Assembly: GCA_965235115.1 (NCBI GenBank)
Contig: OZ249439.1
Coordinates: 5,146,001-5,210,000, forward strand
Direction: 5' to 3'
Length of the DNA stretch: 64,000 nt
DNA from: Laetmonice hystrix
Lineage: Eukaryota
The position numbers were made by a program, and so were the translations under genes. Below the pieces are notes generated by a model that saw nothing but the letters and a program-made list of their open reading frames with translations, was not told where the DNA came from and did not search any database. Within the stretch, counting starts at the first letter, position 1. Every line of letters starts with the position of its first letter. Of the stretch, positions 13,633 through 28,095 are shown piece after piece.

Positions 13633-14603
13633 GAGGAGTGTTTGCGTTCAGCATGTTGCATGGAGGCGCCAACGACCAGTGCGCAAACCCCCTCCTTCCC
13701 ACCCAGCACTGGAATGTTCCAATGATATTAAACCATGGGGATGCGGACACCTGCCTCAGCCAAAGCTGGGCCTTCCATCATCAGGGAGGAAGGCACTGGG
13801 GACTGAGAGGATAAACCGGGATGATCCAGCTAAGTGGCAATAAATGAAAGACTGATGTTGTGCATGCTGGTTGGGCTATTATTCTACAACAAACTGTCTA
13901 ACAGCAACCAAAACTAGCGGGAGACAGACTCCTAAAGTCGACCATTAGAAAACACTCGCATGGCGCAGTCACCATGACGTACGTCTGTGACGTTATGACG
14001 TCCATGACGTTATGACAACTATGACGTCTATGGCCTTTATGACATCATTCAAACGTCAGTCCGATTACTGAAATCTCAGACTGAAATCGTTTTGTAAGAA
14101 ATCGATATGAATATTTCAACTTTGACATTGACGGCTGAAGTCAGTAGGTATTGCGGAAATGGTACGTACAGTTGAGGTTCTCTTTAAGCAGATTTCCTAC
14201 TAACATCAGGTGTATTCTGTGGATACCTGTGCAGATAACACAATGACATCGATGGTCACCATTCAATGTGTCACCTAAGTCAGGGTTCCCATTATTGGCT
14301 GTACAATAGTGTCACTCAATATGAGACGGTAACACTGTCTGAGCACTGCCAATCCAGAACATGTAGGCTTTACTGGATGAATCCTTTCACCTTAGATTAG
14401 CCCCTCACTGGCAGCCCGTTACAGAGACCTAATCTTTCAAGCCTCTTATAATACGGTCCCCTCCCCCGTTTCAACCTAAGGCTCTTTGCTCCTCCTTATT
14501 TGCCCAGGGATAAGGTGGTCAAAGCTGTTGATTTAGTTGCAGTGCAACTGCTCCACTATTGCGGTTTGCACACAGGTAATAACTGTCAGAAGATCAGCCC
14601 AGA

Positions 14604-14900
14604 CGACTGTCAGTGTTTGTCATTGACGACTGTCAGTGTTTGTCATTGACGACTGTCAGTGTTTGTCATTGTCTGTCAGTGTCTGTCATTGGCGACTGTC
14701 AGTGTTTGTCATTGACGACTGTCAGTGTTTGTCATTGACGACTGTCAGTGTTTGTCATTGACGACTGTCAGTGTTTGTCATTGACGACTGTCAGTGTTTG
14801 TCATTGACGACTGTCAGTGTTTGTCATTGACGACTGTCAGTGTTTGTCATTGACGACTGTCAGTGTTTGTCATTGACGACTGTCAGTGTTTGTCACTGAC
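14604..14900. repeat. 23-bp minisatellite (GACTGTCAGTGTTTGTCATTGAC, about 13 copies)
   Basis: Period 23 (14701 and 14724). Confidence 0.95.
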
Positions 14901-14951
14901 GTTCTGAGCGCTGTCTGCTCGCTGATCCAAGTGTCATTACGAGTCTGTTTC

Positions 14952-15038
14952 CAGGCGCAGATCGGGGGGGGGGGGCTTACCCGGCTTGAGGCCTCCCCCT
15001 AAAACGTCAGGGACAACCGACAATCAAGATCCGCCCTG
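14952..15038. mobile_element. Small MITE-like element with CAGG(G)CG(C/G)(A)GATC termini and an internal poly-G
   Basis: CAGGCGCAGATC at the left and GATCCGCCCTG at the right form an imperfect inverted repeat. A related GCGGATC plus G-run fragment lies at about 35711-35740. Confidence 0.5.
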
Positions 15039-16331
15039 TTAAATATTAGACCCTATATCTCATGTGGTGATTCCCTCTAGGGTTTGAGCCCCCCATTTTT
15101 GCTGGATACGCCGCTGGTTTCTGCAGGTGTATGGTGGCTAGGGTCACGGAGACGATAATCTCGTGATGGCGTCTACTCCAGGAGTTCTCGTATTCACCTG
15201 TGATTACCTCTTTGGGGTCCACCTCTGTGGCGTCAAGTGTGCACAATTGACCTTTTCAGGTGCTGTCGAACAAGAGTAAACTGGCCATGGAGAGGTGTAA
15301 GCCATACGGGACATCATTTGTCCACTCTTATGGGACCCTCCTGATAGCCCGGACACAGCAGTTAAACAGATGTAAAGGATGACTACAAGCAATTCGAGAC
15401 TGGCCAGGAGGTCTATGAATGGAGACAGTTACAACTCTGTCAATGCCCACCGACTCCATCCCACCTGGGATCGCCAACAGCGCCACCTGTGGTGAAACGA
15501 GTCCAGTCGTGTCCAGTTTGACTATCCCCCTCTTGTGTCCAATTGACGCGACCATTTCTGTACGAAACGACCGAGTGACAGTCATCTTTAGAAGTAAACG
15601 ACGGCCCAGGACATAATCATGTGGGAGCCAATGTTCACGACGGCCCAGGACATAATCATGTGGGAGCCAATGTTCGCGCTGTAACCAGGTGATTGACAGG
15701 TTGACAATTGAGCACGACCTCAAATAGGGTAAAGAGAGCGGGGCATATAAACGATCGGCATACTCCCCAAACAGGTACGGTCCACTGGGAAAACTTAATT
15801 ACAGGGTACCAAGAGAGTTGTAATTAGTGATTAAATGCAATCATGCTCATTTACTTTCTCTGACAGGCTCTGTGGGCAGAATTCAAGTTGACAAAGAATG
15901 CCGAGCCGTGATGGCCTCGTGACATTGTCATTCTCGGTGTGTGTTAGCGCCACTATTGGAGCGACGAGGACTTACTGCGTGAACGCTACCTGACGCCTGT
16001 ACTGAATGGATATTCTGGGGCTGAGCCGTATATGAATGCCAATTGGTTCAGTACACCGAACAGTCCGATAAACAACCACAATACGATACGTCACAATTGT
16101 TCTGTTGACGTACCATGCTGTTTTAGAAGCTCATTTATTTATCTTTCATATGTCTTTAATACATGTCGGCGTTCCATCGTATTCGTCTCAGCAGATGGAG
16201 TCAGAATTACCACCGGCAATATTCATGTAATATGGGCCTTGCCCGTCATGTTGTGTAAGTGTTCATCAATTTATATTCAACTGATTAGTCGCCGACATGT
16301 GAACGAGTCACACAGCTAACTTCTGTCTGTA

Positions 16332-16447
16332 GATAGTGCTGGGACATGGTTGAACCTTACACAGAGCTCATAGTGCTGGGACATGATTGAACCTTACACA
16401 GAGCTCATAGTGCTGGGACATGGTTGAACCTTACACAGAGCTCATAA
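16332..16447. repeat. 37-bp tandem repeat x3
   Basis: TAGTGCTGGGACATGRTTGAACCTTACACAGAGCTCA occurs three times. Confidence 0.9.
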
Positions 16448-16799
16448 TTCAATGATGCAATCTATAATCTACATAACAGGCCAAACATGGCCGTGTCAGT
16501 AATGAGCTGTTTTGCCAACCTCGGCCAGACAACCTAGACAAAAGGCGATAGTTTATGGCGCCCTATCTCTGATCACCCCAACAGGATGCCGACTAGATTC
16601 GACACACGACGTGCACGTATCGGCGCTAACACGTCGCCGTCAGCAGTGGCCGCTTCCAGTGCCCCCTTGCCTCCGGTAAAAGTAACATGTCACTACCTGA
16701 TACCATCTGTAGGTCGGTGGGCAGGGAGGGGGCATGAGGAGTGGCAGCAGGCGCAACTACCTAAACCAAGGGATTGTAGACGAAACGAACCTACCCGAC

Positions 16800-17380
16800 C
16801 ACAACCCAACACCCACACCCATACCCGCCCCAACACACACCCATACCCGCCCCAACACACACCCATACCCGCCTCAACACACACCCATACCCGCCCACAC
16901 ATACCTGCCCCAACACAAACCCATACCCGCCCCAACACACACCCATACCCGCCCCAACACACACCCATACCCGCCCCAACACACACCCATACCCGCCCCA
17001 ACACACACCCATACCGGCCCACCCATACCTTCTCCAACACACCCACACACCCTAACACCCCCACCTGCCCCAACACACACCCATACCCGCCCCAACACAC
17101 ACCCATACCCGCCCACCCATACCCGCCCCAACACACACTCATACCCGCCCACCCATACCCGCCCCAACACACACCCATACCCGCCCACCCATACCCGCCC
17201 CAACACACACCCATACCCGCCCACCCATACCTGCTCCAACACACACCCCAACACCCACACCCGCCCCAATACCCACACTCACACACGCCCCAACACCCCC
17301 CCCCCATACCCGTCCTAACACACACTCATACTCGCCCCAAAGCACACACATTCCCGCCCCAACACCCACATACACACACG
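16800..17380. repeat. Degenerate 22-bp C/A-rich minisatellite (CCCATACCCGCCCCAACACACA)
   Basis: Read directly. It explains the P/H/T-rich and G/V/W-rich ORFs. Confidence 0.9.
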
Positions 17381-17443
17381 TCCAAAATCATAACACGCCC
17401 AGTGGTTGTGTGTGCTGATAAGCCAGGCTGCGACTTTTTTTTA

Positions 17444-17694
17444 CATTTAGCGGCGATAGAGTACCTCCATATGACAATCATTTAGCGGAGATAGAGTACA
17501 TTTAGCGGATATAGAGTACATTTAGCGGAGATAGAGTACATTTAGCGGCGATAGAGTACCTCCATATGACAATCATTTAGCGGAGATAGAGTACATTTAG
17601 CGGAGATAGAGTACATTTAGCGGAGATAGAGTACATTTAGCGGAGATAAAGTACATTTAGCGGAGATAGAGTACCTCCACATGACAATCATTTG
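17444..17694. repeat. 20-bp minisatellite (CATTTAGCGGAGATAGAGTA) with interspersed 35-bp variants
   Basis: Variant units carry the insert CCTCCA(T/C)ATGACAAT. Confidence 0.92.
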
Positions 17695-20068
17695 TAAAAC
17701 CTTGCGCTGATGTTACTGATAAATACTACGGGCAAAGCTGTCATTTTGTATTACATGAAATACAACAAGAAATCTTTTCCACTAATGAAAGGAGGATGAA
17801 ATTGACAAAGATCGCTACAATCCATAGAATTCTGCCGCCAATATGACTGCAACCCGTTGTAAGACATGATGAGAGCTCGTACAATCTTCTCCTCTTTCCT
17901 ATATGATCAATCAAACTTACTACAGATCTCCTCTTTCCTATATGATCAATCAAACTAACTACAGAGTCTCTTCACTTAAAGTGACCGTATAAAGGATTCT
18001 CGTCCTTTTTCTTCACGTACCTGGAAATGTAACCGATTGAGGAGAGAGAAACCCGACTAATGCTCCGAACAATAGAGTTACAATGGAGGAAGATTACAAG
18101 CCCATATGACCTATTGTTTCTTTGTAAAACTATTCCAGCAGTGTCCCGTCTCCTTGAGATGTATACTACTTCTTTTAAAACATAAAGGGTAACTGCTCAA
18201 CAACGTCTCAGGAAATACAATGAGGTCGACTGTCAGCCAAAGAGGTAATAACTTCGTGTAATATGACGGCCTGAAGATATCCAGTCAAGAAATGGGCCAC
18301 ATTGTTTTTACTCTCACATCCAATATGGAGCGATCGTTTATCTAGAGCTCAACTAGAGCCATGTACCCTTATAAAGGTACTGGCATAATCATGTTACAAT
18401 GTTCAATACCCTACCCTCAACCAGCATGGTTTATTTCCCTACATAAAAAGCAGGATCATAAGCTTTACAATATCACACCTCTTAAAGAAGGGTGATTTTC
18501 TTTGATCGTTAAGGAACTCGCTATTCATTCAATAGATACACTTGAAAACTCCATTGTACACATCCAAGATGCTACCTCCTTTGGTACATTACCACAAAGC
18601 AATCTATTATGAAAGACAAAGACTGTGCTATCTTTAATCTCTGAAAGAAACTGTACTAAGAATATTATCTTGCTTCAAATGCAACCTCCTAAAGAAAGTA
18701 CGTATGGCGATTCAATTAAAGACTTACCGTCGTCATGAAGTCGACGTTACGAGTGGAGGCGATCTTGTGGCAGCCTTTTTATCATCTGAAAGATACAGGG
18801 AGACATGTCGTATTGGTCATGTGATACATCCTAGACATGTTATAAATCACACACACAAACTCCTCACCACTGAGTTTTATACACTTACAAAGAGTAGAGT
18901 ATTACACCCGGGCTAACTTTATAGGTGTCCTAGTGTTGGCGGTAGTGCAGTGTTTAACACACCTGAAGAATGGCACACGGCACTAGTCTATCTCTTGATG
19001 CTCAGGTTGACTTTAATTCCCGTTCACCCGTTACACGTGAATGTTGTTGCCTTTGTTCGCGGCCTGCCCTCCGACCCCATGTAGCGGGTTGCGGGGTCAG
19101 GCCGCCCGGCATGCTCTCACAGGGTCCCGGATCGCTACCCCGCCAGGGGCGACAACACTGAGTCAGAATGAACGGGGAGCTGACCATTTGTAGCTGGGGT
19201 GGTGACCCTCACACGGAGGGGTACTTCACGCCCTTCAGAGGGTAATCTGACCTGATTTGTCAGGGTGGGGCTCACTGCATAGGTCCCTTATTAGTTGTCT
19301 TACGCACACTCGTTTGGCTACATTATTATCTATTATTAGAGAAGCACAAAAGACTTTGATTTAAACACTCCTCGCAAGTTCTCAGACCTCCATTAGGTAG
19401 AAAGGAAAACACTCCACTGCGACTCTGATGGACTGTCAGCTCTCCTAAGGACACAATTTAACAAAAAGATTGATTGGAGCTGTGAAGCTTTGTTCTAAAC
19501 AAGCAAAACCCCTCTGCAATGGAAGCCACCGAAAAATCACACCAATGAGGCCAGGGTACGCACAGCAATGGAAGATTAATTATTACCACCTGATAGCAAA
19601 AAATTGTTTTTGTTCACAACTGTCAGCTGAGCATTAATGGCGTTATGGAAGGCGAATTCGGAACCATCAAGAAAACGCCTTCTATCCTTTTGGGGTTCCA
19701 ATTCTTCCCTGGAAAATTTACCTGGGAGTTTCGTGTTCTGTAAACCCAGGTAATATATTAAGTGCCCTCATACCAATATCGCCTTAATGTCTCCGTGCCA
19801 CAGACTGCCTCTTCTGAGTTTATTTTCCTCAAATATATTGACCAAGATAGACTTAGTACCTGGTTTTGTGACAAATGCGCTTCTGCGAGTGAGGAAGTTT
19901 TTTTCCTGCCCTTTTGTTCCGCTCCTATTCAGTCAGTTTTTGGAGACTGCAATATGTGCAGTTTCCACCCTGAGTCCGGTTTTTTGTTCACCGCTTACCG
20001 TAAGCTGAGCTGAGATGCGCTGAGCACATTTTTCACATATCCGAAATCCCTTGCTCATCCTCACCTCA

Positions 20069-20228
20069 CCAGGGCCCAGTTTGTCAAAAATTCTCAACTT
20101 GAGCAAACTTACTTAAGTAAACTAACAGGATTCTGATTGGCTGCTATTTTCTAAGCCAGGCAATCAGAAGCCTGTACGTTTACTTAAGTAAGGTTACTCA
20201 AGTTGGCAATTTTAGAAAAAACTGGCCT
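20069..20228. mobile_element. Foldback (near-palindromic) MITE, about 160 bp
   Basis: Left arm GGCCCAGTTTGTCAAAAATTCTCAACTTGAGCAAACTTACTTAAGTAAACTAACAGGATTCTGATTGG pairs over about 70 bp with right arm CAATCAGAAGCCTGTACGTTTACTTAAGTAAGGTTACTCAAGTTGGCAATTTTAGAAAAAACTGGCC. Confidence 0.8.
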
Positions 20229-21625
20229 TTTGTCTCAGCTCAGATCATCCTTGCTCAGACTGGAAAAGCAAATTTTAAAAAGCCGGGCCTAGAACTGCTC
20301 GATCTTCTCTATCACTGTGACAAAACATCTTCTACACACTGTCCCTCACCTCGGCATAGAGACATGCATCACATGTTTTTTTCTGTCTCCCGTTTATCTC
20401 ACCATGAGTATGTTAACTCGACTAGAGTGACTACCATTTCACCGACCCGCCTCCAGCAGAACACCACAAACCGTCATTAGTTTTCCCACCATTTCTCAGT
20501 CCTTATTTGTTCGTATATATCTCACAGTAACAGCTAATACCCGATCGGTGGGATGGTGTTGTTAATTATTTAACTGACTCTACTTTCTATCGTTTTATCC
20601 ATTAACAAAGTCTAAAGACATCGTAATGAATTAATATCTTACAAATTTAGTTCGGACACTGGCAAAAGCCGGAAGATGGAACTAATTACCAAGTGTGCTG
20701 GTGATACCTTTTTGAAGTTCAACTTAACTTTTTCTCGACCATTTATTATCTAAGCTTTATCGTTCATACTTCTCTTTGATATAACATGCGTTATCTTTCT
20801 GATACCGGCCACACCGAGAAATTATTCATCAGTTTAACTGTATGATAACTGATTCATACAATAAGTTTTGCCAACTATCACGTTTTTTTAATGAAATATT
20901 AGCTTTAAGTGGTGTTAGCATGTCAATGCGACTCCGGTACGGCATGCTTAGGCTCCGACATTGTGGACGACATGGTGTGAGACTGGCCGCCACTCCTTCA
21001 AGTCATATTCTGCCTCCTTTCTACACAACCAATTGTCGCGAGTTACTGGCTGTTATAACCAAGGCAAAGGCCTTTAATGGGAGTTGTGAAGCCACCTTTG
21101 CCCTTATTGCCCACAGTAAGTGCTGGGAGAGTGGGAAGCCATCAACAGATGTGCCTGGTACATGAGGGCAGCAGGTCTTGTCTCCAAGGTTAACAATTCT
21201 TTAGAGCAAGGCCAAAGCAATCTGAACATGGCTTCAGCGAACAAAACATCCACTAATACAACACTTTCGGCTCTCTTTTTTTTTAAAGAAAAGAAAAGAA
21301 GCCTCAGCGCCAATAAGATATTCCCTTTTTACATGGACATTTCTCCGGAGGATCTGCAGATTTTTTTTCCGTTATAACATTTCAAAAATGATGTACATAA
21401 AATTAGTTTTTTAATGCGTTTAAACAGGAGAGCCGGTCAATGGTACGGTCAGTAGCTGCAGATAGACAAGCAGCTCCCTCACCAGTCAATAGTTGAGTTA
21501 CTCTTCCGATGGACACTGTCGATGTTTACGTAATGTGGTTCAGAATTGTTCCCACATTGAATGAGGCAATGTACGGAAGGTAATCGTTACCAAGACAACT
21601 GCCTATGACGTGTACAACCGGTCAG

Positions 21626-21755
21626 GTGACCAAAACAGCAAGTTCTCCAAGTCGGACCTACATGAGACTAGTTTATCTGACTTTGTACCTGGCCATGCGC
21701 GTATCTCAGACATCTACCAAATGCCCACACATGTTTACAAACTGGCCCTTAACAC
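21626..21755 (+). CDS. Weak candidate internal exon (GDQNSKFSKSDLHETSLSDFVPGHARISDIYQMPTHVYKLALN)
   Basis: Bounded by CAG| and |GTGAGT with one open frame. No homology recognised. Confidence 0.2.
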
Positions 21756-24062
21756 GTGAGTTTTCCTGCTTGGCCAGCCGAGGCAATAGGTGGTTGTAGA
21801 CTGGGGAGGTGGTCGCCTGGCGAGGTAATGGGTCCTACATGGGTGATAAGACTTGACACGACCTCCTTAAATCACTCGGTGAGGAAGGCACGTGGCCGAC
21901 GTCCCCACATTCTCGGAGACTGCTCGCTGGCAGCCATTCAATACGCCACAATAGGGACAGGCAAAAAGCCCCGGCAAATTCCAAGTACACCAATGAGCAA
22001 CCGCTTCCCAGCGAAGTAATAAAAGGCCTGATCTGAGCCATCAAAGGCACGCACAGGAAGGGCTTGCACCCTCAGCCAATTCAACTATTGTTTGCAATTT
22101 CCATTGATAACCACATTTCCAAGGTTCGTGTGATCATCTGCAAATCCACAAGGCTGTCATACAAACCAGCCGTCAGTCTTATCAACGGGCTGCTCTCTGA
22201 TGAACAGTTATATAGCTGATGGAAAACTACCAAAAAAACTTCAAAACTTCCACAGAGGGTCAGGAGGGCTTCATGCAAAAATCCTTCCTGCCCTTTTTAA
22301 GAAGATCAGATCCAATTTGTTTTGAGATGATAAATTCATTGAAATCTGTCCACTTGTCTCTGATGTTTTTGTCATGTAAATGAGGCGCACTGCTCGAACC
22401 GTCACCTGTGGTCAACGAATTATGGGAGGTGACAACAAAATCCGAGACAAGAGTTTCTTTATGATCTAACCTACCTCTTTTAGCATCTCTGGAGAGGTCG
22501 CAGCTGTGAGGAATAATTTCTGCCCTGAGATGAAACATTGATCTATGAGAACAGGCTCTCGACCGGTGCTGACAAATGTTGTCCGAACACAACGTCAGAT
22601 TTGTAATCAGTGACGGTTCAGTAATGTTATGTCATTATTTAAATGTTTACGCTGTATTATTAGATCAATTGTCACCATAATCACATTGCTTCAAGCGTCA
22701 GGTTAGGGTCTTCACCACTTCAAACCCAGCTGTTATAACCGGTCATGTCGTCCACGCTGACGTGTGTCCACGTTGACGTGTGTCCGACTGAAAACAACCG
22801 TCGCTGGGCAGCACTGAACACAACACATCCTACACTTCTTTACTAACTCTGGTAAAACACCATATTTACCAAAACCTCGCAAGTTATAACTTAGATTTAT
22901 TCCTTCGAAATATGTTTAAATAAATTGTTTCTTAAGCAAAAACTATATATGCAGACCTAAGGCATTCGAATACTCATACCAACCTTCACATCAATAAACC
23001 GCCTCACAACGCTAAACTATTGATTAATCATTTCGTGACAGTAAAGATTGCGTTATGAATATCTCCTTCACATGACCTAGCCATAATTATGTCTAACGAT
23101 GGCAATAAACATGCCGATTACATGCCAGTCTACCTTACGGTATTTCTCCCGCTGTTATTGACATTACCACAGTCAATCATATGGCTATCTTTAACAGTTC
23201 CATTATGATGTCATAGTCCTGTCTTGAAATGACAGAACACTTCCAAGTTCATTACAATGTTAGCCATATTTCCAGTGCACCACCTGAAAGTAGCTGTCAG
23301 CCCGGACTTCCTACTATTATCGTATCACTGTCAGTACCACATTCTAGCAGTGTGATCAGCCTGTCTAGCTCAGTGTGCTTTCAAACATTTAGAAGACATT
23401 ATTACCGTAGTCCAGCCATGACACACCCACAGACTGTCATCGAGTGGAAAAACGACGAATAACGAATGAACGATTTAGCGACACCAAGTGTCACTCCCAA
23501 CTTACATGTTGAGGGTTACCCTGGAGGCCTTAGCAGGGACTTACTCCCACCAAAGTTTTCTGGCCTATTTTTTAGACTGCCCATCGGCTACCCCATCAAA
23601 GTCCTTCAACCCCCCCCCCCCCCCACACACACACACACTTAAAAAGTGAAATCCTCATGGGAACCCTAATCTTCCGCCAAAATCAGCTGTGGTCATGGAG
23701 TTTAACCTTTGATAAAGTGTTTCAAGACCACGTTTCGAATTAGGCTCATGTCGTAACAGCCTCAATGATAAATCTCTCCAGTAAACAGTTGTCAAGAGAC
23801 ATAGATCATGGAACAAAACTCTTTAGATGATTTCCTGGCATGGTCACTACTCCTACCAATCACTCCTGCCAAAAACATGTCAGTGAAACTGGCAAGCTTC
23901 CCACATTACGCCAAGACTGAACACAAAGCCAAACCTTGAAATCCAGCCATTCAGGAGATAACTTCACAACTTTTTCTACCCATTCTGACAACATTACATT
24001 TTTATAGTGATCTCAATAAATCTGCATACATGATTGCGACACTTCTGTCAGTTTGGTCATCT

Positions 24063-24797
24063 TTAACAAGTTTCTTTATAATCGTTCTCTCCTGGCGTGT
24101 TATCATGAAACAGTTCCGAGGTTAACTGTCTGACTGGCTGCACGCCACACTTGTCAACAACCACGCAACGTTCGGAAACAAGATGAAGATAGGTGAGACC
24201 GTAAGAATACCCGCTGTCGGTCACGGAGAAGGAAATCCAAGACACTCTCCGTACTTCTATAAGAAGGGATTCCTCCTTCTCTTTTAACGAGTAACCACTA
24301 TCGACAAATGGTCGCCAAATGAAACTGGTGAAGGAGCAACTAATCCTAGTAAAGCATGGATTTAACATAATGAGATAGATGTAATAAACACTCCACAAAA
24401 CCTACGGTAGGTCCATGGCCACTTGAAACAATAATGCTAAATCTACCTTCTTAACAACCTTGGGCCTGAATACGTCCTCAAGATAGCACCACCAACAAAA
24501 ACACCTTCTTTGAACAAATTCGTTAACGTTTTGAATTTTCGAGCGGATGAGTTCAATACACCTTCTCGATCTTTTCACTCTTGTTTCGATAACTTCACTC
24601 TCTCTGTATTCACAGTTATTATCTCCGTCACTTTGGCAGCGTTGTACCAGACTACATTTCAAACTCTACATTTGGTACTCTTACCCATCCATAGGTCAGT
24701 GATCTCAACATCTCTGGTGCCGTGCGTGTTCCTCATCGCGGTCTCCATCCAGATTTACTAGTGTACATTATGTCGCCGACAGCCTCACAATAACTAC
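24063..24797 (-). pseudogene. Decayed Gypsy-like gag-protease relic (portion downstream of the insertion)
   Basis: Minus strand reads RPFVDSGYS... Removing a 4-nt duplication (GAC CGAC) gives DFLLRDSGYSYGLTYLHLVSE, which resembles the retropepsin LRD[TS]G motif. A degenerate Gag knuckle lies at the insertion junction. Stops and frameshifts are present. Confidence 0.45.
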
Positions 24798-25073
24798 ATT
24801 TATGCAGTCAAACTCGGAGAACGGGAATGCTTGCTGTAGGTTACATTTTATTCATATACATGTAGTAACCCGTCGATCACCCCATGCAATGGGTGACTCA
24901 ACATCATTATAATATGGTAAATGATAAATCCATATACGTGTAACTGATATATGTAACATAACATAACAATACCATAGTCATAATACCATAACTGATAATA
25001 CATTATATAGAAATACATAGTCCAAAATACACGGATATAGGTATAGTATGCCTTATTAGGTGGAGACAATGCC
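24798..25073 (-). repeat. Repeat B2 of the split-direct-repeat element
   Basis: Identical by eye to 25566-25841. It is separated from A2 by a unique spacer of about 183 bp. Confidence 0.95.
24847..24852 (-). terminator. Candidate polyadenylation signal in repeat B2 (also in B1 at 25615-25620)
   Basis: Minus-strand AATAAA about 50 bp before the element's 3' end. Function is inferred. Confidence 0.35.
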
Positions 25074-25256
25074 CATCCAGGAACCCAAATACACACCCAT
25101 CCAACCAAACTGAGAAAAGAACTCGAGCAGCCATGCTGACCCCGAGCCAAACCCAGCAGGCCTACATAAAAACATAAGTGAACCTAGACAAAGGCGTTGA
25201 GACAGAATATTCCCCCAAGTCGACATGAAACATGGAGGAGTCGGGGCGGAGGTGGG

Positions 25257-25570
25257 CCGTCTGATTGCCACGATGCTTCCAAAGGTAGAGAACTCGACTC
25301 TGTCTGCTCGGTTGTATTTATACCCTCCGAATCGTCTCCCAAGTCGCCTTCGTCACTTCCGACCCAGAGCGCGCGAGAGGTGAGAACCAAGATGGTGGTT
25401 AACGGGAGTACAGCTATTGTTTACATTTCCTTGACAATACATACTGAGCACACGACATGGGTCCTAGATACATATTATGTGAGAGTACCTATACTAATCT
25501 CATACCTACGCAAACTCCTCGTTTCTCCTCCATAAATGATCCCGGCTCTTTGGCGCCGAGCTCGGATTTA
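25257..25570 (-). repeat. Repeat A2 of the split-direct-repeat element
   Basis: Identical by eye to 30069-30382. It directly abuts B1 through the ATTTA core. Confidence 0.95.
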
Positions 25571-25841
25571 TGCAGTCAAACTCGGAGAACGGGAATGCTT
25601 GCTGTAGGTTACATTTTATTCATATACATGTAGTAACCCGTCGATCACCCCATGCAATGGGTGACTCAACATCATTATAATATGGTAAATGATAAATCCA
25701 TATACGTGTAACTGATATATGTAACATAACATAACAATACCATAGTCATAATACCATAACTGATAATACATTATATAGAAATACATAGTCCAAAATACAC
25801 GGATATAGGTATAGTATGCCTTATTAGGTGGAGACAATGCC
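25566..25841 (-). repeat. Repeat B1 of the split-direct-repeat element
   Basis: Identical by eye to 24798-25073 (offset 768). Confidence 0.95.
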
Positions 25842-27356
25842 ACTAAGCGGAATCGAAGATGAAGCTGGAGCCACCAAAGAAGGCAGGAGAAAAAGACTCC
25901 TAACGCGATCCACTGACACCGCACCAGGAGCCAAATCTGAGCATTACCGTCAGACACAACTTGAAAGATGAGGCCCCGATCATCTCCTGGTCCATAACGG
26001 AACAAACTATTTCCACGGAGCCAATCATCATCCCGTCCGATTAGGGACATCTGGTGTACCTGCAACAAGCATATCAAGGCTTTGAATCCTATCGCATAAC
26101 GTCAGGTTAACAAGTTATAACGCCCAGCTACTTGAACCAAACAGGAAGCATACCCCTTAAATGACAGACACCATACTTTACTTATCCTGGGAAAATTTTA
26201 ATAGACCGAGAAAGAACTGGTGAAAAATGTGACGGTATCCCATTCTACCACCTGGGACCATACTATAAATATTTAATAATAAACAATAACCAAACCGGGC
26301 AACAATCCAAACTTCCTCGTCACTGAATCGGGCGACAAATCCAAGCTTCCTCGTCACTGCCCCGGACAACACATCCAAACTTCCTGGGTAACATCTAACA
26401 TCTAAGGGTGGAGGTCAGAACGGAACCTATTCCAATTAAAGCTTACTTCATCCACCTCCTTCAAAGCCTCGTCTATCTATAGCCGCTCCCGAGCGCTTGC
26501 CACCACCTTGTACGGTACCAAACCAGTACCCACCAGTCGGCACAGAGCCCGACACTTAATGAAACACGGACCGTAACGTAAGCATAAGGTAACGTAAAAA
26601 GGGGGAGACTACTGGAATAACAAATACTGGAGGTGAAGGACGCGCAAACGTAGCAGGAACCATGAAAGTCGTGGTCAAAAACCGTGGAATCGCTTCACGC
26701 TTGGGAGTCCAACATAGCCTACATCCAACATCGGATCTCTTGGGGCCGAGAGGTTTCCCAAAACTTTAAAAAGATAACTGATCTCCGTATAGATATACAC
26801 AAAATAACCACAGGATCAAACGAACGAGTTAAAGGCTTTGATATCCGAGACCCAACCCAACCACGTTAAGCCCACGCGGCAAGTATAACCTACAAGAAAC
26901 AGGCATGACATATATGTATAGAAATGGTAGCTAAAGGAACCTCTAAACCAGAACAACCTCTGAACCATACCGAACCTTGAATAATATAAATCAATACTCA
27001 GCCCTTCGAATAACATCACAGGTTCAAAACACGGGGAATTGACCTTACCCACATCAGTAAATCTCCAACGTCCACCAAAAACACATACTCAGCCTTCCAT
27101 CTGCTCATATCAGTACATGTATGTGTAAATATAGCATATACGTCCCACGTCCTATGCACCAAAGCCATATGCTCAGCCTGTCGTTCACCTAAAAATGGAA
27201 AACAAAAGACCGAGGAAACATCTGGCCGAGTGAGTAACAGTTACTGCCCTATGACAAATACAATCAACGCAATGTCATAAATTGCATAAATTCCGCTCAT
27301 ACATTATGACAAATCAATTAATCACTCAATAATACAATATTACATATTACCTTATA

Positions 27357-27960
27357 GTTAACATTTAATTATATAGTTAGACGAAATTACGATAAATATA
27401 TAATATAACCTACATTATAGCCCTCACAGTAAAAACTACAATAGGCAACAATTAGCTAAAGTGACTACCCTAACTGACATTTAACAATTTTATCGAAGAT
27501 ACCTAATATTACCAAATTAGCAAAATGGTACATTGAAAATTGACGTTCAGATAATTTACAAAGTTAACATTTAAATTATATAGTTAGACGAAATTACGAT
27601 AAATATATAATATATCCTACATTATAGCCCTCAACACAGTAAAAACTACAATAGGCAACAATTAGCTAATAAGGTGACAACCCTGACTGACGTTTTTATC
27701 GAAGATACCTAATATTACCAAATTAGCAAAATGGTACATTGAAAATTGACGTTCAGATAATTTACAAAGTTAACATTTAAATTATATAGTTAGACAAAAT
27801 TACTATAAATATATAATATATCCTACATTATAGCCCTTAACACACAGTAAAAACAACAATAGGCAACAGTTAGCTAAGGTGACAACCCTGACTGATGTTA
27901 AAATTTTATCTAGATACCTAATATTACCAAATTAACATGATGGTACATTGAAAATTGACG
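27357..27960. repeat. AT-rich 206-bp tandem repeat x3 inside the element
   Basis: GTTAACATTTAA anchors at 27357, 27563 and 27769. Copies are diverged, with small indels. Confidence 0.9.
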
Positions 27961-28095
27961 GCGAGGTAGATATAAAACGCGTACACAGTAAAATACAGGA
28001 GAAGTGACCTGATTGACTAAAACCCCCTACTGACCTAAAATGACTTCTTAACAACTTTAAAACAAGAAATTAAAGGTTAAGCTCCAATCCCCAAC

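Noticed and set aside
15046-15723. Coding-like GC-moderate block, considered as an integrase fragment or exon
   Set aside because: All frames contain stops and I found no D,D(35)E or other diagnostic motif.
19762-20013. Cys-containing short ORFs resembling a piggyBac C-terminal domain
   Set aside because: The Cys spacing is incomplete and no transposase core or TTAA-bounded TIR pair was found.
23800-23990. Possible RT relic (QNSLDDFLAWS)
   Set aside because: No upstream YADD-like motif or downstream LG motif is visible.
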